Positions 9,445 through 19,127 are shown, numbered from the stretch's first letter. The stretch is DNA of 64,000 nt from Candidatus Poribacteria bacterium (GCA_965198235.1 OZ240248.1:288001-352000), one strand, 5' to 3'. Numbers and translations: made by a program. The notes: generated by a model from the letters alone, not told the origin.

Positions 9445-10272
9445 TCACGACTTATCTGACAGCGAACTACCATCCCGATACGAGAAAACCAATGGCAGGT
9501 GCGCATCATCCGCCAACACATCACCGGCCTCCAATTTTCCGAACACTTCGTCGGGTAGTGCGCTCCTTTTACCATTGAACGTGGCATCCTCCGGCATAAA
9601 AAGCATGGCAAACGCACGGCGAGGGCCCGTCGTCATATTGGGTCCTGCCGCATGGGCGACCATCCCGCTGATGAATACGCCGGCTCCCGCTTTCATCTCA
9701 GCGGCGTAGGGTTCAATCTCCGCCCACTGTGGATATTCGCGGAACAGCTCGCCGATTCCTGCTTCCCCAAGACTGCCACCAACCTCAAAGCCGCTCGTCT
9801 TATGTGTGCCGGGCAGAAAATACAAACAGCCGTTCTGAACGGTTGTATCGTCGAGTGCTACCCAGAACATGATCGCCTGATGTGAATAAAACGGGTCGTA
9901 TGGATTATCAACATGGAAGTTCGTTGGATTTGCCCACGGTTGCTTAACCATCGCGTGGTCGTGATACAACCGCACACCCGAAGTGCCGGCGAGGTCTGCC
10001 GCCAACTTACCCAACTCAGGGGCGAGAATCAACTGTTTAATCTTCTCGCTCGTCTTCCACAAATTGACACATTGAACGAAGACGTTCTTGTAGTAACCGT
10101 CTTCTCCGCCTTGATTGTGATAGGTATCAGGTCGGCTCACATGCTGCGCGATAGCCTCGTCAACTGCATTCTGCCACGACGACAACTCGGAACCTTTCAG
10201 GAAGTCGTCAATAATCAGAAATCCATTTTCACGGTAAAATTCAATCTGATCGCTCGTCCGTTGTGTATTCAT
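9445..10272 (-). CDS. PhyH-family dioxygenase
   Basis: FYRENGFL, FHVD, WVALDD, NGCLYFLPGTH, AHAAGPN, RRA; start MNTQR. Confidence 0.9.
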   Translation of the reverse strand: MNTQRTSDQIEFYRENGFLIIDDFLKGSELSSWQNAVDEAIAQHVSRPDTYHNQGGEDGYYKNVFVQCVNLWKTSEKIKQLILAPELGKLAADLAGTSGVRLYHDHAMVKQPWANPTNFHVDNPYDPFYSHQAIMFWVALDDTTVQNGCLYFLPGTHKTSGFEVGGSLGEAGIGELFREYPQWAEIEPYAAEMKAGAGVFISGMVAHAAGPNMTTGPRRAFAMLFMPEDATFNGKRSALPDEVFGKLEAGDVLADDAHLPLVFSYRDGSSLSDKS

Positions 10273-10360
10273 CTTTTTAACTATTAGGTTTCTGGCCTGC
10301 CTTCCAAATGTAAAGCATTCTCGCTGCGAAGCAAAATTATGCCATAAGGCATAATTACAG
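10273..10360 (-). repeat. E1-type repeat with the hairpin insert, itself containing a 16-bp GCGAAGC micro-repeat
   Basis: CCAAATGTAAAGCA-TTCTCGCTGCGAAGCA-AAATTATGCC versus canonical CCAAATGTAAAGCA-AAGAC-AAATTATGCC. Confidence 0.8.
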
Positions 10361-10414
10361 CAAAACGCTTGCTTTATCGCTCCAGTCATTACTTTTTCCA
10401 ATCTCTCTTTCGTG

Positions 10415-10649
10415 CGGGTGCAGGGGTCAGATACGTCAACCCCTACTCTTATGAGACAGGCATTAGTAGAATCACATTCCTTAAAGCTATTTTTCTCTGG
10501 CATAGCGAGGTTTAGTATTTTTGCAAGTCTATTGGATTTAGTTTCCTGCTCTCTGTTTTTAGGAACTTCAGAGCGATATAACATTCTCGTGTTGCGGTGC
10601 CCGCCAGCAGCGCGACTATGGGGTTGCTTCAGTATCTACCCCTGACCCG
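10415..10649. repeat. Imperfect inverted repeat pair of about 29 bp, MITE-like
   Basis: CGGGTGCAGGGGTCAGATACGTCAACCCC / GGGGTTGCTTCAGTATCTACCCCTGACCCG. Confidence 0.55.
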
Positions 10650-10699
10650 ATACTTGGTCAAAGTGCCTCTACGTCAAACAACTCAATAAAGGATTTTTT

Positions 10700-10915
10700 T
10701 TAATTTTTGACTAAAGCAATAATTGAGACGATCAATGCAGTAGCAGCACATATCGCAACAATCCAATCCTTCAAAACTGAAAATCCTATTTTACGTCCTC
10801 GCAATTCTGCAACATCTGTTTCGACGTTACGTAACCGTCCGTCAATGCTTATGAGGGTTGACTTCAGGTCATCAAATCCTTTGGACATCAAATCGTATAA
10901 TTCTTGGGTGGTCAT
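10700..10915 (-). CDS. Small coiled-coil protein with C-terminal membrane anchor
   Basis: AAAGGAGA RBS; heptad pattern IDGRLRNVETDVAELRG followed by a TM helix. Confidence 0.7.
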   Translation of the reverse strand: MTTQELYDLMSKGFDDLKSTLISIDGRLRNVETDVAELRGRKIGFSVLKDWIVAICAATALIVSIIALVKN

Positions 10916-11083
10916 TGTGTATCTCCTTTTGTGTATAGTAAATCATATTTGTTCTCGGGTGTCAATGAAAACATATCGACGTGTGTCAATCTCTTCGTAG
11001 AAAAGAAAGGAACTCTGTTTTTTGCGTGGATTTTAGGTGCATCACGCTGGCTGCCCAATCGCCCGAATCCAGCGATGAAAGGG

Positions 11084-11153
11084 TGGAAGGATGGAAGGAA
11101 CAGAAGGATGAGGAGTTTCGCCCAACGCTTCTACCCTTCCAGTCTTCCAATCT
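11084..11153. repeat. Octamer tandem repeats in inverted arrangement
   Basis: (TGGAAGGA)n followed by CCTTCCAG TCTTCCAA TCTT. Confidence 0.6.
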
Positions 11154-11221
11154 TGCAAGTAAACCAAGGAATTTTGCGCAACTCCTATTAATATTGCGTC
11201 TGTCCTAATTGTGTGTCTCCC

Positions 11222-12025
11222 TCAATCATAATTACTGGGTCGATGATCACCGAGGAGCCGTCTCTGTCGAGGATTCGCTTGGGCGAGAATCGATGCATCA
11301 AACTGAAATTTATTCAGATAGGGCGGGTATTTCTGGGTAATCATCCGCATGGCATAGTGGACCTGCAAGAGGTAGCGGGTCTCGTCACTCGTATTGGCAG
11401 AGCCACGATGCCAGACTTCACTGCGGAAAAGCACCACGTCCCCCGCATTGCACAAGATACTCTCTTCCCCTCGGTTCTTCCACTCGGTTGCTCCGTTTGG
11501 TGAGCACCCAGAGAAATGGCTGCCCGGGACAAACTTCGTTGGTCCCAATTCCTCGGACATATCATTGAGATAGTAATGGGCAGTAGTGATGAAGATTGGG
11601 ACTTTGACGCGTGGATCGGAACGAATGTCTGCCGGTAGACTGATTGGCAGCCAATCGGTATGTAACCCCTGATCCGGACGTCCGGGTCCTGTCACCCACG
11701 ATTGCATACCGATGCAATGACAATCCTCGCCGTGAGTCGCCTCGGCGACTTCAATAATCTGTGATTTGTCAAGGAATTGGAGATACAACGGATCTCGATT
11801 AAACGAGTTGTTGATGATTTTGTTGAGGAATTTGCCACCATTTTGGGGCGTTTGATGCCGATCCAAACACTCAGGAAGTGTCTCTAATCGATCCATAGTG
11901 GCTCGCAATTCTGCGACTTCCTCAGCATCAAGCACGCTGGGGAAATAGACGTAACCATCCCTTTCCAGTGCTTCCACTTGGCTTTCTAAATCGTTGTAGG
12001 CTACGAGTGAGAGGGCTTTCGCCAT
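11222..12025 (-). CDS. PhyH-family dioxygenase
   Basis: LERDGYV, LHTD, GPTKFVPGSH, WHRGSAN. Confidence 0.88.
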   Translation of the reverse strand: MAKALSLVAYNDLESQVEALERDGYVYFPSVLDAEEVAELRATMDRLETLPECLDRHQTPQNGGKFLNKIINNSFNRDPLYLQFLDKSQIIEVAEATHGEDCHCIGMQSWVTGPGRPDQGLHTDWLPISLPADIRSDPRVKVPIFITTAHYYLNDMSEELGPTKFVPGSHFSGCSPNGATEWKNRGEESILCNAGDVVLFRSEVWHRGSANTSDETRYLLQVHYAMRMITQKYPPYLNKFQFDASILAQANPRQRRLLGDHRPSNYD

Positions 12026-12126
12026 TTTCGGTACTCCTTTCGGACGACAGCAACCGGTCAATTCTTATCGCTATGATATGTTAACTTCGACGAAGTTGTC
12101 AACATTTTTATTAGCCATCAGCCATT

Positions 12127-13944
12127 TCAATCTTCGTCGATACGCCAGGTACAGTTGATATTATTGTCCTTGTAAAATTGCTTTAGTGCTGGTTTATCAA
12201 ACCATAGCTGAATTTCCTTGCCCACAATATGACCCACACTGCTCACCTTGAGGTAAAGACCACCGGCTGTCCATCCGGGCATGATGTCGTAGCGTCCAGT
12301 TTGCGCAGCGTAGATACTGAGCAGTGCCAACGGCTCCATCGCATCGAGATTCGCGGTTTTATGAGTGTCCTGCAAAATCTCAATCACCGTCTTCCCTTCA
12401 TGAGACTCCTGCAATTCCGGTTTATCCATGACCCGGCTGTGGAGGGTAAAACCGTCTTCGAGTGTAAAAAGCCCGCTATCGGGGTGTTGTCTACCTTGAA
12501 GTAGGTTGTTCCCGATTCGCTCCGCCATCGCCAGAAATTCTGCCTTTGGTTCTACTCGGTACAGGTCCACCAGAGCGAAGATATAAGCGGGTTCCAAAGC
12601 ACCTGTTTCAAAATTCAACGACGATGGGGAATTCTTATCAGCACCGATGTCGCCGATCCCAAAGGCTTTGAACATGGTGCGTAGGGAGTCTCTGAACTCG
12701 CTTCTGCCCTCGGAAATTCGATACCCACGGGCACAAACGGCGGTAAAGAGCGGTGTGATGTTTTGCGGCAGAAATGCGCCGCCTTCTTTCGCTCCAAAGT
12801 AAAGTTTCTCAGTCTTGAAAGGTCCCTTTATCCGAAAACCTGTTAGATCCGTTCCATCAATAACGATACTCTTCAGCGTATTGTTTTTCGGATCGTAGGA
12901 GGCGTTTAGGAAACCGATGATGTGTTGCTCCACTGCCGCTTTGATGTGCGCCATTTCGCCGATGCGACCGTATTTTTCGGCATTTTCCACGATTGTCAGC
13001 ATACCCATCATCTGGGTAATAGTGTGGTTCAACTGATTACCCACATAGACTCTCGGTTCGGTAGCCTGCGGATATTTTCTACCGAATACGTTAAGCCCGC
13101 GTCTGGAAATTTGTGGATGCACCAAATTGGGCCAGATGCCAGTCTCTGGATCTCGCTGCTTTATAATCAGATTTAAGAGGCGTTCCCCCCAAATCCGCGG
13201 TACCTCCTCCTGCTTTTGGTAGCCCAAGCTATAAGCGGCGTAAGCCAGATCCAGTGCCACACTGATAAATGAGAGATCTGCGCTGATTTCGGGTGCCTTG
13301 TATCCGTCCCAAGGTCTGTTCCAAGTATTGGCATGATCGACCTGCTTTTTGAAATCACCGTGTCGGTTGTAGTGTAAGGCGTCCCAATCCTTGATATTTG
13401 CTTCCCAAATACCTTTCATCAGCATCTCGCCCCGGTCGGCATCCACGGCTCTCAGCAATTCCCAGTAGGGATATACGTCTTCTATTTCGTGGACAACGCC
13501 CTTCATGCCGTACCTATTACCGGTTACCAAGTCCACATAGCCGTGTCCTCCCCAGTGCAGAACGCCACTTTCGGGATACCAGTAGTTGTTGAACATGTAT
13601 TCGGCGGCTTCTCCCGCGGCACGGATGCATGTACCATCCCCAGTGAACTGGCTTAAAGAAGCCAACAACCGCATCAGGTTCTGCTGATTTTGAAAAAAAC
13701 TCCAGACCGCTGGTTTCGGTTCGGTGCCTGTGCGGTGAGATGTCATAGATCTGGGTGCCTCCAAATGGTCAGTATGAAGGCAATCGGCAAAGAGTGGCAT
13801 ATCTTTGCCACTGTATCTATCTCTCCCGTATTGTATTGCTGTATCTGCGAAGAGACTCGCCGCTTTTAAAAAGCGGTTATTATCTATTTCGTCAGGACGC
13901 AATCGGTCTCTGCCAATCCACCGATCTAATCGATTAACGTTCAT
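12127..13944 (-). CDS. Polysaccharide lyase family 2 (pectate/oligogalacturonate lyase, PelW-like)
   Basis: NQQNLMRLL, HWGGHGYVDL, VHEIEDVYPYW, YNRHG, EPLALL resemble PL2 motifs; no signal peptide. Confidence 0.7.
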   Translation of the reverse strand: MNVNRLDRWIGRDRLRPDEIDNNRFLKAASLFADTAIQYGRDRYSGKDMPLFADCLHTDHLEAPRSMTSHRTGTEPKPAVWSFFQNQQNLMRLLASLSQFTGDGTCIRAAGEAAEYMFNNYWYPESGVLHWGGHGYVDLVTGNRYGMKGVVHEIEDVYPYWELLRAVDADRGEMLMKGIWEANIKDWDALHYNRHGDFKKQVDHANTWNRPWDGYKAPEISADLSFISVALDLAYAAYSLGYQKQEEVPRIWGERLLNLIIKQRDPETGIWPNLVHPQISRRGLNVFGRKYPQATEPRVYVGNQLNHTITQMMGMLTIVENAEKYGRIGEMAHIKAAVEQHIIGFLNASYDPKNNTLKSIVIDGTDLTGFRIKGPFKTEKLYFGAKEGGAFLPQNITPLFTAVCARGYRISEGRSEFRDSLRTMFKAFGIGDIGADKNSPSSLNFETGALEPAYIFALVDLYRVEPKAEFLAMAERIGNNLLQGRQHPDSGLFTLEDGFTLHSRVMDKPELQESHEGKTVIEILQDTHKTANLDAMEPLALLSIYAAQTGRYDIMPGWTAGGLYLKVSSVGHIVGKEIQLWFDKPALKQFYKDNNINCTWRIDED

Positions 13945-13990
13945 ACACCCTCCACGATATTTTTACCTATGAACCGTTTTGGACTTACTT

Positions 13991-14150
13991 TAACCCAAGT
14001 TGCTACTAAAAAATTCTGATGTTTTTGCTTGGGTATTTCTGCGGATTCCAACGAGGGATCTTAGGCATTTTCTTCACCCCAGCGGGGTGATATGTTTATA
14101 GAAACCGGGATCTACAACTTCTTGCAATCCAGCGGAGTGCTATGTATCTA
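13991..14150. mobile_element. Partial MITE-like element (left end TAACCCAAGTTGCTAC) with R3 repeat and REP-like doublet
   Basis: Same left end and doublet as 15611 and 27848; right inverted repeat not found. Confidence 0.6.
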
Positions 14151-14217
14151 AATGGTTTCAATGTGACTAGGGCTTGCAGCTAACCTTTTACCGAACTCAC
14201 GTTGACCTTGTTTTGAT

Positions 14218-15591
14218 TCAGTCTTTCACTTTTCTTGTCCATGCTATCACGGCGGCTCCGAACACGGCAAAGCCGAAGAAAGTAAAGGGCATCTGCCATA
14301 GAAGAAAACTCATGTGTATATGGATAAATGAGTGTGCCTTGAAGATGACATACCACGATAAAGGTGCCAGAATTGAAAACCACGTCGTCCAGATTAATGC
14401 GATGTCCTGCTGTCGTCGCTCCGCTATCATTTTTTGGCTCCGCAAAAATAGCAGAACGGATATTGCTATAAAGAGAACTATCAGATAATAATATCGTATT
14501 TTCAATAGGAAGTTAGAGACGAATGAGTTTGTGAGAGATAGATAGTTGTTGAGATCAAAGAAAACACCGTTCATGTAAGTAATGACTACCCCTATCGTAC
14601 CGGCTTCAAGACTGGCAGCATATACCTCTGGAAAACCTCCTGCCTCTCCGTGCGTTCGCTTTCCGAGGGAATAGACCACATGCCCAACGCCGTCCATGAA
14701 TCCCTCCTTCGCAGCACCGATCTGGAAACATAACAGCGTAAGACTCAAAAAAATTGCTACACCTGATCCACATACGGCTGCAAGCGTCCATTTCACACAT
14801 TGGTGGCGGCTCCATTTGTCGAGAATGACATAATAGACTAACGGCACCATCATCATTACCAGAGTGGTTGTAATGTACTCAAAGCCGTTGATGAAACACT
14901 TAATGAAAACCGAGATGCAGATCAGGATTCCAAACCTGATGAACTGACGGTTCGCTGGAACTCTGTGCCGTTTAAGGTAGTACAAGACGATAATCATCGG
15001 CAGGTAGAACGCCCATAGACTCCACCAAAGATTTTTACCAAAGACTGTCAACCATTGGGAGAGCACAGCCGAACCTGCGACGAAGATCGCGACCCACCCG
15101 CCAAACTCCTCATAGAACCAACCTATAATCGCGGTCAATGCGATTGCCGAAAGTAGTGCTGTCAACACATAGAATGACCATAACTTGATTTGGGGCGATA
15201 GAGGAATGAATCTATCGAGTAGACTGAAAATGATTCCTTGCCCCCCAGTTTGTGACATGTACGGCGAGAATTTATCAAAGGAGTGTCTGTTAAGATAGGC
15301 TGAATATTGATTGTCAATCTGGTTTGAAGATATCCATTTTTGCTGAATATCAGCAATTCCCGCCCCCGTCAGTCCACCTACCGAGAAGATGCCATCTTGG
15401 CGGGATTTGACCATTCTTCCTACAATAAGACTTTCAGTGTCTCGCTGATGCGTGTCAAACCATTGCTGTTCGGCGACATGCCATAAGTTAGAGAAAAACC
15501 CGAAAAATAGGAGTCCGATGGATAGTGCCCATAAAGCTATCTTCCTTGCAAGTTCCGATTGACTGAGGTGTTTAAGTCGCATCGTGAACAT
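14218..15591 (-). CDS. Integral membrane protein, possible GT-C fold glycosyltransferase
   Basis: About 11 TM helices, large first loop, KAHSFIH motif; the TTG at 15618 lies inside a repeat. Confidence 0.6.
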   Translation of the reverse strand: MFTMRLKHLSQSELARKIALWALSIGLLFFGFFSNLWHVAEQQWFDTHQRDTESLIVGRMVKSRQDGIFSVGGLTGAGIADIQQKWISSNQIDNQYSAYLNRHSFDKFSPYMSQTGGQGIIFSLLDRFIPLSPQIKLWSFYVLTALLSAIALTAIIGWFYEEFGGWVAIFVAGSAVLSQWLTVFGKNLWWSLWAFYLPMIIVLYYLKRHRVPANRQFIRFGILICISVFIKCFINGFEYITTTLVMMMVPLVYYVILDKWSRHQCVKWTLAAVCGSGVAIFLSLTLLCFQIGAAKEGFMDGVGHVVYSLGKRTHGEAGGFPEVYAASLEAGTIGVVITYMNGVFFDLNNYLSLTNSFVSNFLLKIRYYYLIVLFIAISVLLFLRSQKMIAERRQQDIALIWTTWFSILAPLSWYVIFKAHSFIHIHMSFLLWQMPFTFFGFAVFGAAVIAWTRKVKD

Positions 15592-15610
15592 ATCGTTATG
15601 TCTGTTATAC

Positions 15611-15828
15611 CAACTCAAGTTGCTACCTATAGAAAATTCATAAGTTTTCTGTAAAAGTTGAGGGATTCACGCCTTCGCTCCAGAGGAGCGGTATGTCTAT
15701 AGAAAATTGTGATCTCCTATCTTCCGCTCCAGCGGAGCGGTATGTGTGGGGAAAGATAAACAGTGATAGAACATTCCGAATCTTTTGCGCAGACGATATT
15801 TTCCCAGTTTAGGTGGCAACTTGCGTTA
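15611..15828. mobile_element. MITE-like element with 16-18 bp terminal inverted repeats and internal REP-like doublet
   Basis: CAACTCAAGTTGCTACCTA ... TAGGTGGCAACTTGCGTTA, flanked by the direct repeat TTATAC. Confidence 0.75.
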
Positions 15829-16066
15829 TTATACGACTTTTGCCCGTCTCCTTCATCGACTAACACTTGGGTTATGTTACCACGACTCTCTCCTTTTAGC
15901 AAGCCGAAGAAAGTGGAGAGAAAAAACAAAAATCCACATTTTAACCGATGTATGTTATAATCTGGAAATATCGTGTTATTGATGGATGCTGTAGGAGGGG
16001 CTTTTGAGCCGCTCTTGCAGTCGAATGATCGCCTATTATTCTTCAACTCAAGAGAGGACAGATTGA

Positions 16067-16876
16067 ATGAACAGAAAAATAACTTTGATATTGGCTCTGG
16101 CGATTTTAGTCTTGCAAACGAATCCCCTTGAGAGTCAGGTCGTTAGAGACGGACTGGTAAGTTACTGGACTTTTGATACTGCAGATGTTGACGGCGACAC
16201 TGTTAAAGACGCTGTGGGCGGCAATGACGGAACGCTGATAGGCGCGCCTAAACAGGTCACTGGCAAATTCGGTCAAGCCTTCAAATTTAATGGGAAGCCG
16301 GATGCCATTGATATTGGTGCCCCTGCTGATGGGAGTCTCGATTTTGGCGATGACAAAGATTTCTCGATGGTCGCATGGATCAAAGTTGACAAAGCCCCAG
16401 AATTGGACGGAAATCAGTCTACAATCGTGAGTAAGGGAGACGGAGGTGGCAACGCCAGAATCCTCTGGAAAATCAACACAACGAAAGTCAGTGTAACGAT
16501 TTCACACATAGGTGGTGGTCCGACCTCCCACTTTCTCGGAGTCAAGGATGTAACCGACGGAAAATGGCATCACGTTCTTTTTGTTGCGGATAGATCGGAG
16601 CCGACGCGTCTCTATATCGACGGTAAATTTGACGCTGAGGGACAGGAGTCTGATGAAATAGATATTACCACAGAATCTCGCATGTATATCGGTGCCTCAG
16701 TCCGAATCGGCGAAACCACTCGAAGATACTTTGAAGGACTGATTGACGAGGTGGGTATCTATGATCGGGCACTAACCGATGATGAAATCGAAAGGAACTA
16801 CAATGCGAAGGGACTTGCTGTCAGTCCGCAAAAGAAACTCGTTATCGCTTGGGGAGAGATAAAGATTTCGAGGTAA
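16067..16876 (+). CDS. Secreted LamG-like jellyroll protein with C-terminal WG motif
   Basis: Signal peptide, LVSYWTFD, WHHV, GLIDEVGIYDRAL, AVSPQKKLVIAWGEIK. Confidence 0.88.
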   Translation: MNRKITLILALAILVLQTNPLESQVVRDGLVSYWTFDTADVDGDTVKDAVGGNDGTLIGAPKQVTGKFGQAFKFNGKPDAIDIGAPADGSLDFGDDKDFSMVAWIKVDKAPELDGNQSTIVSKGDGGGNARILWKINTTKVSVTISHIGGGPTSHFLGVKDVTDGKWHHVLFVADRSEPTRLYIDGKFDAEGQESDEIDITTESRMYIGASVRIGETTRRYFEGLIDEVGIYDRALTDDEIERNYNAKGLAVSPQKKLVIAWGEIKISR

Positions 16877-16880
16877 GGTT

Positions 16881-17040
16881 TATAGTAAAGCCCGAAAATA
16901 TGTGAACACAGGAGATTGGGGACCTCCCCCTCACTGGCGAGGTTTCCTTGGGGAAATCCGCAGAAATACCCTATCAAAAACACCTATCAAAAACACCTCG
17001 CCAACTCTAATGTGTATAGGTAATTATGGGCTTTACTATA
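16881..17040. mobile_element. MITE-like element with TATAGTAAAGCCC inverted ends
   Basis: TATAGTAAAGCCC ... GGGCTTTACTATA; second copy at 27660-27785. Confidence 0.75.
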
Positions 17041-17070
17041 AAATCCAATATCCCTCTGAGTAGGCAAAAA

Positions 17071-19077
17071 ATGGGCAAAAATAGCGGCATGGAACACCAT
17101 CCAGTCGGTGACGAGGGTAACGTGCTTTCCACACGAACCCAATATCAAACCGAATGGACGAAAAGGGCGTTGATTATCGGCATCGCCTTGGCTGTCTTAG
17201 AGTGTTTGATCGCGCCCTACAACGATTTTGTCATTCGTAACACTTTTCTGGCAGGTGGTCATTTTCCACTTGCCCCATTTTTTGTTCTGACCGCCTTGGC
17301 TCTGGTTGTTAATTCTATCCTAAGATGCCTACATCCGAAACTCGCGCTCTCCGCTCAAGAACTCGTCGTTATCTGGTGTATTATGATTGCCGTCGCGGGG
17401 ATCCCCTCCTCCGGAATGATGCGAGACGCGTTGTCCGCTTTCGCGGCTTACAACTATTTTGTTACCCCAGAGAACGAGTGGCGATCGCTTTTCTTTCAAT
17501 ATATCCCCGAATGGCGTGTCGTGCGAGATGAGGGCGCGATCGTTTCCTTCTATGAAGGCTTATCCGTCGGCGAGAGGATTCCTTGGGGCGCGTGGTTGAA
17601 ACCGCTCTCCGTGTGGGCGTTGTATGTTTTTACCGCCTATTTTGTTATGGTGTGCCTCGCAGTGATACTCCGAAAACAGTGGGTCGAATATGAGAAATGC
17701 ACGTTTCCACTCGTTCAACTGCCTGTAGAGATCTCCGTTCATCGGTCAGGCATTGTCAATTCATTCTTCAAAAGCAGAAAAATGTGGCTCGGATTCGCTA
17801 TACCGGCGTTTATTCACACCCTGAACGGGCTTCACGCGTATTTCCCGACCCTCCCACACATCCCCGTCCGATTTTGGCTCGACCCGTTTCTCGTCGGCAG
17901 ACCGCTCAACGCCTTGAGACCCTTTCAGATTGTCGTATTGATGTCGATGGTCGGATTTAGTTACCTTCTCACACTTGAGGTAGCGTTCAGCCTCTGGTTT
18001 TTCTTTCTATTTTTCAAACTACAATGTCTCATCGGCAGTATGCTCGGTTTTCTCATAACGAAGGGTCCGGGGGTAAAATGGACAGCGTATTCGTTCAGTG
18101 CGGCGCAGGAAGCCGGTGCGTGTTTGACGCTTGCCGGTTTTGCACTCTTCAAAGCAAGGCGGCATATCAAGCAACTGTTTTTAAGCGGTTTTGGACGCAG
18201 TTCTCCTCAATCTGACACCCAGAACGAACCGATGCCCGCTGGGTTGACGGTCTTTGGGCTGATCGGGGGCTTGCTCCTCTTGATATACCTGAGCGTCCTG
18301 ATGGGAATGTCCCTCGGATTTGCGGTACTCTTTGTAATCTTTTCAGTTGGCGTGTTTGTCGCCTTGACATGGCAGATTATTAACGGGGGTATCCCTTTTA
18401 TCAATCCCTCATTTTCCCCGCAAAGCTTCTTCCTCACAACACTTGGAACGGCACACATGACCCCTTCAACGACAACGTGGCTGTTCATGCAACCCACCGG
18501 CTTAACCTCACATCTGAGAGAGTTTATGATGCCGAATGTGATGAATGGACTCAAGGCAGCGGATACGGTTAGAGCCAATCGGCGCAAACTCCTCATGGCG
18601 ATGGGATTGGCAATGGTGCTCGGATTGCTTGTTTCATATTATTCCGTGCTGAAAGTCAGTTATCAACACGGTGCATTACACGTGCACACGGGCGGTAGCG
18701 GCGGGGTGCGCTGGTTGAGTGCCGTCCTTAACAGCCCTCCGATGGGAACCGACTGGACGAATACCGGTTTTACACTTTTCGGCAGTGCGTTTACAATTGG
18801 ATTGATGTGGATGAGAAAAGTATTTGTGTGGTGGCCCCTCCACCCGATCGGATACACGATGCTAAGTTCCTGGGCATCGTTTAAGTTATGGTTCTCTATC
18901 CTACTCGGTTATCTGCTGAAATACGGTGTTGTGAAATACGGGGGACTCAGAGCGTATAGAGAGGCACGTCCGCTGTTTCTTGGATTGATCCTCGGTGAGA
19001 TGACATGCGCCGGACTCTGGTCGATCGTTGGGATGATAACCGGCGTTCAAACCGGCTATCGTATCTTGCTGGATTGA
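17071..19077 (+). CDS. Multi-pass membrane protein, DUF6785/DUF6784-type putative transporter
   Basis: VTPENEW, EKCTFPLVQLP, WWPLHP, PLFLGLILGE; the ATG at 17026 lies inside the MITE end, so the start is uncertain. Confidence 0.75.
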   Translation: MGKNSGMEHHPVGDEGNVLSTRTQYQTEWTKRALIIGIALAVLECLIAPYNDFVIRNTFLAGGHFPLAPFFVLTALALVVNSILRCLHPKLALSAQELVVIWCIMIAVAGIPSSGMMRDALSAFAAYNYFVTPENEWRSLFFQYIPEWRVVRDEGAIVSFYEGLSVGERIPWGAWLKPLSVWALYVFTAYFVMVCLAVILRKQWVEYEKCTFPLVQLPVEISVHRSGIVNSFFKSRKMWLGFAIPAFIHTLNGLHAYFPTLPHIPVRFWLDPFLVGRPLNALRPFQIVVLMSMVGFSYLLTLEVAFSLWFFFLFFKLQCLIGSMLGFLITKGPGVKWTAYSFSAAQEAGACLTLAGFALFKARRHIKQLFLSGFGRSSPQSDTQNEPMPAGLTVFGLIGGLLLLIYLSVLMGMSLGFAVLFVIFSVGVFVALTWQIINGGIPFINPSFSPQSFFLTTLGTAHMTPSTTTWLFMQPTGLTSHLREFMMPNVMNGLKAADTVRANRRKLLMAMGLAMVLGLLVSYYSVLKVSYQHGALHVHTGGSGGVRWLSAVLNSPPMGTDWTNTGFTLFGSAFTIGLMWMRKVFVWWPLHPIGYTMLSSWASFKLWFSILLGYLLKYGVVKYGGLRAYREARPLFLGLILGEMTCAGLWSIVGMITGVQTGYRILLD

Positions 19078-19127
19078 GATATGAAAGGTTCGTAGACGTG
19101 TGGAAATCCACACAAAGGAAGGTGAGT

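Noticed and set aside
10435-10450. GTCAACCCC as an IscB/omegaRNA element end
   Set aside because: The match is too short and there is no iscB, tnpB or tnpA nearby
10273-10584. Long N-terminal extensions in the ORF track (also 17026, 25954, 27693, 52712, 57588)
   Set aside because: The extensions run through repeat DNA; homology or an RBS supports downstream starts
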